Of a DNA stretch of 64,000 nucleotides, positions 30,031-40,332 are shown in pieces. Origin of the DNA: Candidatus Poribacteria bacterium (GTDB lineage: Bacteria; Poribacteria; WGA-4E; PCPOR2b); the NCBI GenBank assembly GCA_965198175.1, contig OZ240245.1, positions 4,000,001 to 4,064,000 of the forward strand, given 5' to 3'. Within the stretch, counting starts at the first letter, position 1. Each line of letters opens with the position of its first letter. A program made the position numbers and the translations under genes. The notes beneath the pieces were generated by a model, which was given only the letters and a program-made list of their open reading frames with translations, searched no databases and had not been told where the DNA came from.

Positions 30031-30478
30031 ATGAAAGAAATTACAATTGGCATTATTGGCGCTGGCGCAATCGCGAAAGGGAAACATCTGCCGGGTCACC
30101 GAGACATCGAAGGGGTTTCCGTCATCGCAGTGTGCGACATAGATGAAGAGAGGGCGAGGCATTTCGCCCAAGAACACGAGATTGAACATTTTTTCACCGA
30201 CTACCATCAACTGATTGCGATGCCTGAAATTGATGCAGTCAGCGTTTGCACCCGAAAATCTGTACGCTGAACCAACAATCACCGCGCTGAAGGCGGGCAA
30301 ACATGTAATCTGCGAGAAGCCGCTTGCTGGCAACGCTGAAGATGGACAAGCCATGGTCAACGCCCAAATGGTATCGGGAAAAGTGCTTCAGATTTGGATA
30401 CAATCCCGTTTTGGGAAAGCTGCGAGGGCGTTGCGTAAGTTTTACAAAGAAGGATTCTTTGGTGACGATGGTAAGTAA
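30031..30478 (+). pseudogene. Truncated, frameshifted duplicate of the Gfo/Idh/MocA gene at 31797
   Basis: First ~220 nt match 31797 onward; 1-nt deletion near 30253; ends at the duplication junction. Confidence 0.92.
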
Positions 30479-30561
30479 AACAGGTTGTGACATCTCGGTG
30501 AATTTGGCACATATCGAGAAGCAATCTTTTTGCCCTAAACGGTGCATGTTTTTCTGCCAAC

Positions 30562-30579
30562 TTACACCAAATGGTGCAA
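30562..30579. promoter_or_regulatory. Putative enhancer palindrome, copy B
   Basis: ttacacc-aaat-ggtgcaa, with a second similar site tgccctaaacggtgca about 30 nt upstream. Confidence 0.5.
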
Positions 30580-30709
30580 ACGTACTCAATGAAGTAGGAG
30601 ATAGAAAAAATGCTCTGCACCGTTTCAAAAAGGACACAACTAATGTCAGCACCTGTTCAAAGCCAAACGTCAAAGCACGCCGAAACTAGGTGTATAAAAA
30701 CGTAAAGAT

Positions 30710-30725
30710 TTGGCATATTTATTGC
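30710..30725 (+). promoter_or_regulatory. Sigma54 (-24/-12) promoter of LamG copy B
   Basis: TTGGCATATTTATTGC. Confidence 0.75.
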
Positions 30726-30806
30726 GGCAGTATGCAGCAGATTGAGAGGAACCGGTCCAACTGCTAGACAACTGAAGCGTATCTCCAAAGACTAAGGAGG
30801 ATTAAA

Positions 30807-31622
30807 ATGTTCTTTAAGACTGTTGTCACCGCTTTCGTTTTAACGGCTATCACATTGATGATCTATCCTGTCAACGCAGCAGAATCTGAGGAATTTGTTA
30901 CTAGGAACCTCATTGGCTATTGGACGATGGATAGAGCAGATATTGATGGGGATACCGTGAAAGATATTTCGGGAAATAACAATCATGGGGAAATTAGGGG
31001 CAATCCTCAAATCGTCCCTGGAAAAATCGGGGAAGCTCTCGATTTTGATGGTGTCGATGATTTTGTAGCCCTGCCGGATTTGGGGCATGAACCCAAAGTG
31101 ACGGTGGAAGTCTGGGCGAGAGGAGATCGATTTTTCAGGGTTCATGGGCTGGTTTCCACGTTTGGTGTTCCACATCAGCTGCCTGGGGGCGTTGTGACCT
31201 TCAGCGTTAGATTCAATCGAATTGACCTCAGCATAAAGGACAAGGGTGGATACACAAACCTCATAGGCGGTTCAGTGAAGCCATATACGTGGTACCACTT
31301 CGCATATACTTCTGACGTCAGGAAGCCGGGGCATGAACTCACGCGGTACATTAATGGATGGGGGCCGCCGCCATCTGATTTTTTTGAGAGAGCAGCTTTA
31401 AACATTGGAGCGTCACCAATCAACCTGACCCGTCTCAGAATCGGAAGTGAGCTCAAGGGCAGATACTTTCCAGGCATCCTTGATGAAGTTCGCATCTATA
31501 ATCGTGCTTTAACGCCTGAGGAGATACGGCAAAACTTTGAATACAGAAACAACGCACAGGTGGTGGATGCGAGAAGGAAATTAGCTGTCACTTGGGGTGT
31601 GTTGAAGACAACGAAACATTAG
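30807..31622 (+). CDS. Secreted LamG-like jellyroll protein, copy B
   Basis: Same motifs as copy A. Confidence 0.92.
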   Translation: MFFKTVVTAFVLTAITLMIYPVNAAESEEFVTRNLIGYWTMDRADIDGDTVKDISGNNNHGEIRGNPQIVPGKIGEALDFDGVDDFVALPDLGHEPKVTVEVWARGDRFFRVHGLVSTFGVPHQLPGGVVTFSVRFNRIDLSIKDKGGYTNLIGGSVKPYTWYHFAYTSDVRKPGHELTRYINGWGPPPSDFFERAALNIGASPINLTRLRIGSELKGRYFPGILDEVRIYNRALTPEEIRQNFEYRNNAQVVDARRKLAVTWGVLKTTKH

Positions 31623-31796
31623 ATGTCATTAAACCCACTCTCGCGGGCGACAAGATGCTTTGAATCCCGATTCTGTCGGGTTGAACGGAAGGGCGATCTA
31701 TACCTCCGCAGTTTGGTGTCGAATGTCTAAGACCTACATCTACCTTCAGCACAGTTAGAACGTTAGCAGCAGAGTTCGAAGGAGAATAGAATTATC

Positions 31797-32822
31797 ATGA
31801 AAGAAATTACAATTGGCATTATTGGCGCTGGCGCAATCGCGAAAGGGAAACATCTGCCGGGTCACCGAGACATCGAAGGGGTTTCCGTCATCGCAGTGTG
31901 CGACATAGATGAAGAGAGGGCGAGGCATTTCGCCCAAGAACACGAGATTGAACATTTTTTCACCGACTACCATCAACTGATTGCGATGCCTGAAATTGAT
32001 GCAGTCAGCGTTTGCACCCCGAATAACCTACACGCCGCTCCAACGATTGCCGCGCTGAATGCGGGCAAACATGTAATCTGCGAGAAGCCGCTTGCTGGCA
32101 ACGCTATTGATGGACAAGCCATGGTCAACGCCCAAAGCGCATCGGGAAAAGTCCTGCAGATTGGGTTGCAATCCCGTTTCGGGAAGGGTGCCAGAACCCT
32201 GCGTAAACTGTACGACGAGGGGCTCTTTGGCGATGTCTATTACGCCCGCGCGGTCACAATGCGCCGCCGCGGTATGGGTCTTACGCCAACATTCATGCAG
32301 AAGTCTATTGCTGGGGGTGGGCCGCTCATTGACATCGGTGTGCACGAACTTGATGTGCTGTTGTGGATGATTGGTTGTCCCAAGCCGCTTGAAGTCTTTG
32401 GATCGGTTGCTCAGAAATTCGGGCATCGCCACGATATTGTAAACTCCGTAGATTGGGATCGCGCTAAATTCGATGTTGAGGATTTCGGTATGGGTGTCAT
32501 CCGTTTTGAGAAGGGTTTAACCGTGACATTGGAATCCGCCTGGGCGACTCACATCGAAAATACCGGGACGACATTCTTCATGGGCGACCTGGCAGGCGCA
32601 ACCTACCACCCCCTGCGCATCTACACCGACAAAGACGGACAAATGATCGAATACAAACCTGAATTCATTACCGACACACCGGGCGAATTTGAATCTTTTC
32701 ACAAGGCAATCCGAGAAGGACTACCGTCGCCCGTTCCAGCAGAAGAGGTGCTGCTTACCACCAAGATTTTCGACGCCATTTACGAATCCGCTCGGATTGG
32801 TAGATCCGTTCCAATTACGTAA
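31797..32822 (+). CDS. Gfo/Idh/MocA family oxidoreductase
   Basis: GIIGAGAIA, HVICEKPLA, GGGPLIDIGVH. Confidence 0.95.
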   Translation: MKEITIGIIGAGAIAKGKHLPGHRDIEGVSVIAVCDIDEERARHFAQEHEIEHFFTDYHQLIAMPEIDAVSVCTPNNLHAAPTIAALNAGKHVICEKPLAGNAIDGQAMVNAQSASGKVLQIGLQSRFGKGARTLRKLYDEGLFGDVYYARAVTMRRRGMGLTPTFMQKSIAGGGPLIDIGVHELDVLLWMIGCPKPLEVFGSVAQKFGHRHDIVNSVDWDRAKFDVEDFGMGVIRFEKGLTVTLESAWATHIENTGTTFFMGDLAGATYHPLRIYTDKDGQMIEYKPEFITDTPGEFESFHKAIREGLPSPVPAEEVLLTTKIFDAIYESARIGRSVPIT

Positions 32823-32901
32823 GCATAACGTCTTTATGCTTGACCGTCTGATGTCTCAATGGCATCGGACATCTAGGCGAAAACTACTGGGAGGGAGAAT
32901 C

Positions 32902-33942
32902 ATGGTTAATATCGCAATGTTGAGTTTCGCCCACACGCACGCCAGAGGATACGCCGATCGGGTTCAGAATAATCCAGATGCTCAGATTGTTGCGGTCTGG
33001 GATGAGGAGGAGTACGGCGGGAAAGAAGCCGCGAAAGACTACAACGTCCCCTTCTACGCCGACCTTGACGCCGTATTCAACTTAGACGAAGTGGATGCCG
33101 TCGTCGTAAATGCTCCGACCGTAGATCACCCGAAGGTGATGATTGCCGCAGCAGAATCGGGCAAACATATCTTTACTGAAAAAGCCTTGGCAATTACGGT
33201 CAATGAATGCGATGAGATTATCGGAGCCGTTGAAAAGGCGGGGGTTAAATTCATGATTTCGCTGCCGTCGCGTTGCAATCCCGGTCTCCTATTGGCGAAA
33301 AGAGCCGTCGATGATGGACTGCTGGGCGATTTAACCTTTGGTCGAGGCCGCATCGCGCATCCAGCCGCGGTCGATGGATGGCTCAGAGACACTAGTCTCT
33401 GGTTCGCGGATGCTAAACGCTCCGGCGGCGGTGCGCTGTTTGACCTTGGCTGTCATCGGATGGATGTTATCCCGTGGCTCATGGGGACTCCGAAGAGCGT
33501 TATCGCAAAGATTAACAACCGGAGCGGCAACTACCCAATCGACGATAACAGCGCATCTGTGATTGAATTTGAGAATAGGGCGCTTGGCGTCGTTGATGTT
33601 TCTTGGGTGCATCGATACGGTCCAAATATGCTCGAACTCTACGGGACGGACGGATCTATCGTCAGCGGTTTCGGCGATAAACACTTTGAGACGCTGCATT
33701 CCATCGCCATCGGTCACGAGAACATGCACTTTGAGACGCGTAAGCTGTCCGAGGAAGAAAAGGCGGAGTACGTTTCAACCAGTCCTCCGCCACCCCCGCC
33801 GCCGATACAGCAGTGGATTAACGCCATCCTGCATGATGAACCGACGACCATCACCATCCAAGATGGACGCAACCTGACTGAACTGATGCAGGCGTGTTAT
33901 CAGTCGGCTGAGCGGGGTCGATCGGTAGAGCTACCGTTGTGA
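32902..33942 (+). CDS. Gfo/Idh/MocA family oxidoreductase
   Basis: ATG at 32902 after GGAGGGAG; KHIFTEKAL, GGGALFDLGCH. Confidence 0.92.
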   Translation: MVNIAMLSFAHTHARGYADRVQNNPDAQIVAVWDEEEYGGKEAAKDYNVPFYADLDAVFNLDEVDAVVVNAPTVDHPKVMIAAAESGKHIFTEKALAITVNECDEIIGAVEKAGVKFMISLPSRCNPGLLLAKRAVDDGLLGDLTFGRGRIAHPAAVDGWLRDTSLWFADAKRSGGGALFDLGCHRMDVIPWLMGTPKSVIAKINNRSGNYPIDDNSASVIEFENRALGVVDVSWVHRYGPNMLELYGTDGSIVSGFGDKHFETLHSIAIGHENMHFETRKLSEEEKAEYVSTSPPPPPPPIQQWINAILHDEPTTITIQDGRNLTELMQACYQSAERGRSVELPL

Positions 33943-33983
33943 AACGCAACTCGGGCAGAAGGCAGGTGTGGTGCTTTTTGAAG

Positions 33984-34919
33984 CTATTCCCTTCGATAAG
34001 GTAGGGCTAGCGCAGCGGGGGGTCTGGCGTGCCCAACAAACCCCGCTAGAACAAGAAGCGTCAAGATGTAGGGCAACATCAGAAAAAATTGATAAGGTAT
34101 AAAACCGAGATCGGGGATTGCCTGCAACCGATTCAGCACGGCATTGCACAGACTAAATAAGAGTGCAGCGCCGCAAGCTTTGACAGGGTGCCACTTGCCG
34201 AAGACCACGATCGCAAGCGCAATAAAGCCGCGTCCTGCGGTCATTTCTGTGCTGAAGTATGGAACGTCTACCAGCGAGAGATAACCACCGCCAATCCCAG
34301 CCATGAATCCGCCGAAAAGCACACATTTCGCTTGCAGTCCGTGCACACTTACGCCGGTAGCATCCGCTGCCTTCGGATGCTCACCGCAGGCTTGAATCGA
34401 CAGGCCGGGATAGGTGTGAAATAGGTAAAAATAGATGAGCGGAACTGCGAGAAAGGCACCGTAGACTAGGAAGTTGTGCTGAAACAAGACATCGCCGACA
34501 AACGGAATTTCTGACAGCACTGGGATATGGAGGGGCTCAAAAATGGCAACCTTGAGGGATCTTCCGGTCTCTCCAAAAATTCGACGATACAGGACTTCGA
34601 CAAGTCCGAATGCCAATAGGTTGATTCCCGTACCTGTCACGATTTGATCGGTTTTCAAGCGGAGAATGAAGAAGCCAAAAAAGGCAGCGAGCAGAACACC
34701 GCTGACTCCGCCAAATAGAATACCAGCCCACGGGGCGAGACCTACCGATACACCTTGCATGGCGTAGGAACTCAGCCATCCAATAAAGGCGCTGAAAATC
34801 ATGAGACCTTCAAGCCCGATATTGATTACACCGGATCGCTGAACGATAACCTCGCCGAGCGCGACAATCAGGAGCGGCGTTGCCTGACGAACCGTTGCTT
34901 CGAAAATATCCTGGATCAT
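33984..34919 (-). CDS. ABC transporter permease (nucleoside/sugar CUT2 type)
   Basis: SGVINIGLEG, GEHPKAADATGV, TAGRGFIALAIVVFGKWHP, MLPYILT. Confidence 0.92.
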   Translation of the reverse strand: MIQDIFEATVRQATPLLIVALGEVIVQRSGVINIGLEGLMIFSAFIGWLSSYAMQGVSVGLAPWAGILFGGVSGVLLAAFFGFFILRLKTDQIVTGTGINLLAFGLVEVLYRRIFGETGRSLKVAIFEPLHIPVLSEIPFVGDVLFQHNFLVYGAFLAVPLIYFYLFHTYPGLSIQACGEHPKAADATGVSVHGLQAKCVLFGGFMAGIGGGYLSLVDVPYFSTEMTAGRGFIALAIVVFGKWHPVKACGAALLFSLCNAVLNRLQAIPDLGFIPYQFFLMLPYILTLLVLAGFVGHARPPAALALPYRRE

Positions 34920-34976
34920 ACTAAAACACGGATTCTTAGGATTCGTAGATTTGGAATTTCGCTCTGTTCCACCTGC

Positions 34977-36044
34977 TCACGTACTCATCTTCTCTTTTCT
35001 CGCCTCATACATACTAGCACCCAAGACTAGGAGCAATACCGTGGCTTGAATCACCCACGTCAGTTTTGTGGGCACTTGCGCCTCCAACTTCATCGCCTCC
35101 GAGCCAGCTTGCAAAATCCCGAATAACAGCGCCGAAAAAATGACCCCAATCGGATGGAGACGTCCAAGCAACGCGACGGCGATTGCAGTGTAGCCATAGC
35201 CGGGGGCGTTTTGATCGAGCCGATGCGGACTCAGCCCTGTCAATTCAATGACTCCTGCCAATCCCGCTAGCCCGCCGCTAATCAGCATAGCAATGATAAT
35301 ATTTCTGGATACATGAATTCCCGCTGCCCGCGCTGCAATCTGGTTTTGACCAACAGCCCTGACTTGATAGCCGAGCGAAGTATGAAACAGGATGAAATAC
35401 AAGCACACAGCGAAAATAAGTGCAAGGAGGATGCCCAGGTGGAATCGGTTGCCGGGTATCCAAGATTTCGGAACTAGATGCGGCAGCAGCGCATTAGGGA
35501 CAATTCGATCGCTCCACTGGTATGATTTGGACGCTTCTTGGAGCGGTCCCCCATCGACGGAATAGCTCACTAGTTTGATAGCAATAAAATTGAGCATAAT
35601 CGTGCTAATCACTTCACCAACACCGCGATACGCTTTGAGTAATCCCGCGATTGCAGCCCAAAACCCGCCTGCGACAAATCCTGCGGTGAGAACCAGTGGG
35701 ATAAGCAAAATTGATGGCAGGCGCACAATTGATGTCCCAATCCATGTCGCAATCAGGGCGGCGATGAGATATTGCCCTTCAGCTCCAATGTTCCAAACAC
35801 CACAACGAAACGCAAATGCAACAGCTAACCCTGTCAGGAGCAACGGACAGGTCTTCACAAATGTCTCTGTTACTTGTTTTGGACCTCCCAATGCCCCCTG
35901 AAACAGTGCCACAAATGCTTTAGTGGGTTGATAACCGCACGCGAGCATGATAAGGGCATTAATGAGCAGTGCCAAGAATATGATGAGGATTGGGAAGAGG
36001 ATTTGGGCTGGTTTGACGTGCAAATTGGCAATTTTATCGGTCAA
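34977..36044 (-). CDS. ABC transporter permease (nucleoside/sugar CUT2 type)
   Basis: WNIGAEGQY, EVISTIMLN, GYGYTAIAVALLGRLHP. Confidence 0.92.
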   Translation of the reverse strand: MTDKIANLHVKPAQILFPILIIFLALLINALIMLACGYQPTKAFVALFQGALGGPKQVTETFVKTCPLLLTGLAVAFAFRCGVWNIGAEGQYLIAALIATWIGTSIVRLPSILLIPLVLTAGFVAGGFWAAIAGLLKAYRGVGEVISTIMLNFIAIKLVSYSVDGGPLQEASKSYQWSDRIVPNALLPHLVPKSWIPGNRFHLGILLALIFAVCLYFILFHTSLGYQVRAVGQNQIAARAAGIHVSRNIIIAMLISGGLAGLAGVIELTGLSPHRLDQNAPGYGYTAIAVALLGRLHPIGVIFSALLFGILQAGSEAMKLEAQVPTKLTWVIQATVLLLVLGASMYEARKEKMST

Positions 36045-36123
36045 GGTGGGAACAGATGGTACGCGGGGTCATCCTCAAAACGTGAGGGCGCATACATAAA
36101 TGAGGCGTTAATCCCTATTTCCG

Positions 36124-37170
36124 CTATTCAACGTGCCATGTATCCGCTTCATTGAGCAACGCCTCAAGATTGCCTTCACCCCGCACCTGCTTGGCGGTCT
36201 CAATCTGTTGTGCCATCAAATCTTCATAGCAGACGTGCTGGATGCTGCGGAACACCCCTATCGGATGCGGCAGATCCGGTATAACGCTCATCCGCGCGAG
36301 AAAGTACGCTAGTGTTGGATTCTCGGCAAACTGATTGTGCTTGATGAGTTCATCTGGGGTGTATTGACCCTCGGCGACGGAAACGACCTCTGGTTGAAAC
36401 TCGTTCAGGCGGATACCTTTGTCGCGTTCCTTTCCAAAAACCAGCGGCTCTCCGTGTTCTAAAAACACCGTGTTATCGGCTTTTGTATCCTTTTCGGTAT
36501 AGGAGAAGAAGGCTCCGTCATTATACACGTTGCAGTTCTGATAAATCTCGACAAACGACGTGCCCTTATGTTCAAACGCCGCTTTGATAACGCCTCGTAG
36601 ATGTTCCGGATCCCTGTCTAGTGAACGAGCAACAAATGTTGCGCCCGAAGCTAATGCAAGACTTACTGGATTGAAGGGGGTATCAAGCGATCCCATTGGC
36701 GTTGAGGCGGTTTTCTTGCCTTGTTCGGAGGTGGGGGAGTATTGTCCCTTAGTCAGTCCATAAATTTGATTGTTGAACAACAGAACGTTGATATCGAAGT
36801 TCCGCCGCATCAGGTGAATAAAATGGTTTCCACCAATCGACAGCGCATCACCATCGCCGGTGATCACCCAAACCGATAGTTCTGGGTGAGTAGCTTTTAC
36901 TCCAGCCGCAAGCGTTGGCGCCCGACCGTGAATCGTATGAAAGCCGTAGGCGTTCATATAATATGGAAAACGACTCGAACAGCCAATCCCAGAGATGAAG
37001 ACAAAGTCTTCCTTGGGGATTCCCAAGTCCGGGAGAATTCGCTGGGTTTGAGAGAGTATTGAATAATCACCGCAGCCTGGGCACCATCGGACATCCTGAT
37101 CTGATTCAAAATCCTTTTTGGTTAATGTGGGGACTGCTACCGGTATTTGGGTGGAGGCGCTCTTTTTCAT
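36124..37170 (-). CDS. korB: 2-oxoacid:ferredoxin oxidoreductase beta subunit
   Basis: WCPGCGD, SGIGCSSR, TPP motif GDGD..NNQIYGLTKGQYSPT. Confidence 0.93.
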   Translation of the reverse strand: MKKSASTQIPVAVPTLTKKDFESDQDVRWCPGCGDYSILSQTQRILPDLGIPKEDFVFISGIGCSSRFPYYMNAYGFHTIHGRAPTLAAGVKATHPELSVWVITGDGDALSIGGNHFIHLMRRNFDINVLLFNNQIYGLTKGQYSPTSEQGKKTASTPMGSLDTPFNPVSLALASGATFVARSLDRDPEHLRGVIKAAFEHKGTSFVEIYQNCNVYNDGAFFSYTEKDTKADNTVFLEHGEPLVFGKERDKGIRLNEFQPEVVSVAEGQYTPDELIKHNQFAENPTLAYFLARMSVIPDLPHPIGVFRSIQHVCYEDLMAQQIETAKQVRGEGNLEALLNEADTWHVE

Positions 37171-39005
37171 ACATCATCTCTCAGTAATTCATCAATTTTA
37201 GATTCAACTTCAAAAACATAGAACGGTAATCCTTGGACTTTATTTAAACCGACGGCATCTATCAAATAGTCAGCGCGAATCAGTCTGAGCAATTGCCCAA
37301 AATTGAGCTCAGGAACAAGCACCTTGTCGAACTGTTTAAGAATGTCACCGAGGTCGCTTGGAAGCGGGTTAAGATAGCGCAGATGAACGTGCGATACAGA
37401 TGCATCCTCTTCCTGTTTGTGTTCGATCGCGGTTCTGACCGCGCCGTAGGTTCCTCCCCAAGTTAATACAAGAAGATTTCCTTCGGGTTCACCAAAGGTC
37501 TCGGTGGGCGGGATGTCATCCACAATTCGGGAGACCTTTTCTGCCCTGAGAAGTGTCATTCGCTCATGGTTATCGGGGTCATAACTGACATTTCCGGTGA
37601 TGTCCGCTTTTTCCAAGCCGCCGATCCGATGCTCCAAACCGGGGGTACCGGGGATTGCCCATGGACGGGCAAGTGTCTTTTCGTCACGCAGATAGGGCTG
37701 AAATCCATCAGGTGTTGTCTGGAAAGTCACCTCTATTGCCGGCAAATCTGAAACCTTCGGGATGCGCCAAGGTTCCGCGCCAAAAGCGATATAAAGGTCG
37801 GACATGAATATCACAGGGGTCATGTATTTGATAGCAATTCGACAGGCTTCATAGATGGTTTCAAAGCAATCGGACGGGCGCGAAGCCGCAATCACAGGAA
37901 CGGGTGATTCGCCATTGCGACCGTAAAACATCTGTAGCAAATCGGTCTGTTCGGTCTTTGTGGGCATACCTGTCGAGGGACCCGCTCTCTGGATATTGCA
38001 GATGACGAGCGGCAATTCTGCCATGACCGCTAGGTTAATTGACTCCGCTTTCAGGGCAAGACCAGGTCCACTGCTACCGGTTGCACCCAATGCACCGCTA
38101 AACGCTGCACCGATTGCAGCACCTATGGCTGCGATTTCGTCTTCCATCTGCATTGTAATGACACCGAAGTTCTTGTATTTCGCGAGTTCATGGAGAATGG
38201 AACTCGCAGGCGTAATCGGGTAACTGCCGTAGACAAGCGGCAGCCCTGACTGTTGAGCAGCGGCAATGAGGCCAAATGCCGTCGCCACATTTCCTTCGAT
38301 ATTGCGGTAGATTCCCGGCGCAAACTTCGCCGGCTTGACTTCATAAGAGGTTGCAAACTGCTCCGTCGCTTCACAATAAACATTGCCCGCTTTCAAAGCG
38401 AGGGTGTTGGCTTCAATGTACTGGGGCTTTCTGCCATACTTCTCTCTGATGAACTTGAATGTGTAATCCATTTGCCGGTTATAGAGCCAGCAAACCATTC
38501 CGAGCGCAAAAAAATTTTTGCACCGATCGGCTTCTCGTTGACTGAGGCTTGTGCCTTTAAGCGCGTCTCTTGTTAGCCGGGTTAACGCGACAGGAAAAAC
38601 TTGAAATTTTGTCAACGACCCATCTTCTAAGGGGTTTTCCTCGTATCCAGCTAACTTGAGATTCCGCGTTGCAAAATTGTCCGTATTGACAATCAGAATA
38701 CCGTTGGGTTTGAGCTTATCTAGATTGACTCTCAATGCGGCAGGATTCATCGCGACAAGGACGTCGCAGGTATCGCCGGGGGTATGGATGCTTTCGCTGG
38801 AAAAGTGCAGTTGGAAACCGGATACTCCAGCCAGTGAGCCCGCAGGAGCGCGAATCTCCGCAGGGTAATCTGGAAGTGTCGCCACATCATTCCCTGCAAT
38901 CGCAGAAGCCTCAGTCATTTGCGTTCCAATTGTCTGCGAGCCGTCGCCGGAGTCTCCGGCAAAGAGGAGCGTAGCCTCCTCAATGGATTGCACTTCCTTT
39001 CTCAT
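37167..39005 (-). CDS. korA: 2-oxoacid:ferredoxin oxidoreductase alpha subunit (gamma-alpha fusion)
   Basis: AGDSGDG, YPAEIRAP, YPITPAS, QRAGPSTGMPTKTEQ. Confidence 0.93.
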   Translation of the reverse strand: MRKEVQSIEEATLLFAGDSGDGSQTIGTQMTEASAIAGNDVATLPDYPAEIRAPAGSLAGVSGFQLHFSSESIHTPGDTCDVLVAMNPAALRVNLDKLKPNGILIVNTDNFATRNLKLAGYEENPLEDGSLTKFQVFPVALTRLTRDALKGTSLSQREADRCKNFFALGMVCWLYNRQMDYTFKFIREKYGRKPQYIEANTLALKAGNVYCEATEQFATSYEVKPAKFAPGIYRNIEGNVATAFGLIAAAQQSGLPLVYGSYPITPASSILHELAKYKNFGVITMQMEDEIAAIGAAIGAAFSGALGATGSSGPGLALKAESINLAVMAELPLVICNIQRAGPSTGMPTKTEQTDLLQMFYGRNGESPVPVIAASRPSDCFETIYEACRIAIKYMTPVIFMSDLYIAFGAEPWRIPKVSDLPAIEVTFQTTPDGFQPYLRDEKTLARPWAIPGTPGLEHRIGGLEKADITGNVSYDPDNHERMTLLRAEKVSRIVDDIPPTETFGEPEGNLLVLTWGGTYGAVRTAIEHKQEEDASVSHVHLRYLNPLPSDLGDILKQFDKVLVPELNFGQLLRLIRADYLIDAVGLNKVQGLPFYVFEVESKIDELLRDDV

Positions 39006-39164
39006 TACATCTGTCCTTCTCTCTGTTTATGCGACCACAATGTGTGTGTATGGATTCCAAGAATAACACGTATTTTTACTATTATCAGTTTCATCTGAAT
39101 CGTCTTAACGTTCGGTTGTTCACCTATTGATTTCCTCAACCACAATTTGTATGTTTGGTCTTAC

Positions 39165-39704
39165 CTAAGCTCCTTCGCGTGCCTGCATCGCCTCCCGAAC
39201 GGGTTCTGGCGGCAGTGTTAACACTTCTTGGGGGAAATGATCAATAATGTATGAGACAATATGGCGAGTGGAAACCATCCCAACAGGTTGATTCAGCTCA
39301 TTTACAACGGGGATATGGCGGAAGCCGCCCTTCGCCATATGCAATATTGCCGTGTCTAGCGGCTCCTCAACGTGCGCAGTGAGTGGATCGATTTTCATAA
39401 AATGTTCGACGGGAATCTGTGCTACATCTCCCACCGGTTTGTTCAAAATTTTCAGAAGCACATCCCGCTCACCGAAAATCCCTTTGAGCACACCATCGGA
39501 TACGACTAGGATAGCACCGACGCTATTCTCAATCATGAGATTGATTGCCTCTTGTATACTTGCCCCCATTTCAATCGTAACCGGCAAACGCATCAAAGAA
39601 CGAAGCGGCACCTGAATTTCGTGCGGACTCAAGGTTTTTGAGGGTTCATCGTGCTCCTCATCCATGATAGTCAATTCTTCGTCAACAATCTGTTCGTAAA
39701 GCAT
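39165..39704 (-). CDS. CBS domain pair protein
   Basis: VGAILVV..GIFGERD, GGFRHIPVV. Confidence 0.9.
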   Translation of the reverse strand: MLYEQIVDEELTIMDEEHDEPSKTLSPHEIQVPLRSLMRLPVTIEMGASIQEAINLMIENSVGAILVVSDGVLKGIFGERDVLLKILNKPVGDVAQIPVEHFMKIDPLTAHVEEPLDTAILHMAKGGFRHIPVVNELNQPVGMVSTRHIVSYIIDHFPQEVLTLPPEPVREAMQAREGA

Positions 39705-39707
39705 ACT

Positions 39708-40142
39708 TTATTCCTCCTTACCGCCTGTCTCTAAAAACGCGGCAACATGATTCAGAATGTCCTTAATCGAGATGATACCTACGGGATATACGTCTTTCTG
39801 ATCATAGATGACTAAAGGGATATGACGGTAGTGCCCCAGTTGCATGAGGTTAAGGGCAAATGCAACTGTATCGCTCGCGCGCAAGCACTCCGGGGATGGG
39901 GTCATAATCTCGTCGATGATAACATCTGCCGGATTAACCTGCGTGCCCATGATTTTGACAAGTAAATCACGCTCGGTGACAATGCCAACAAGCTGTTGTT
40001 GGCTATCAACAACCAGCACACACCCAAATTGACCTTCCTGCATGAGGTTGATAACCTCCGGAACGGAAGTGCCAAGCTCCACATAGCAAGGTTGATTGAG
40101 GTTCAAAGTGCTAATGGGTGAAGATAGTGTTCGCGCATCCAT
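39708..40142 (-). CDS. CBS domain pair protein
   Basis: ATG at 40142 after GGGAGG; FGCVLVV..GIVTERD, YRHIPLV. Confidence 0.9.
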   Translation of the reverse strand: MDARTLSSPISTLNLNQPCYVELGTSVPEVINLMQEGQFGCVLVVDSQQQLVGIVTERDLLVKIMGTQVNPADVIIDEIMTPSPECLRASDTVAFALNLMQLGHYRHIPLVIYDQKDVYPVGIISIKDILNHVAAFLETGGKEE

Positions 40143-40332
40143 TGATTTCCTCCCTTCAATCAATGATGGAACGACACATTTTATCGAGCATGAGAATGTG
40201 TATCCGGAGAAAACGAAGTAGATGTCTAAGAATTCTGTTGCTGGCTCCCAATCCAAGCGAAAGGCTCATCACTTCCGTGGGGTGAATCTACTCTTGAAAG
40301 CCTGCGTATCAAAACTGAATCCAATTGATAGG

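Larger units (their letters stand above)
28563..32234 (+). repeat. Diverged tandem duplication: copy A about 28563-30461, copy B about 30462-32234
   Basis: Upstream region, LamG gene and 5' part of the Gfo/Idh/MocA gene are all repeated; the offset is 1899 nt at both the unit start and the LamG ATG. Confidence 0.95.

Noticed and set aside
28908..31622. Diversity-generating retroelement explanation for the LamG variation
   Set aside because: No reverse transcriptase in the window; the differences include indels and are not adenine-specific; both copies are full genes.
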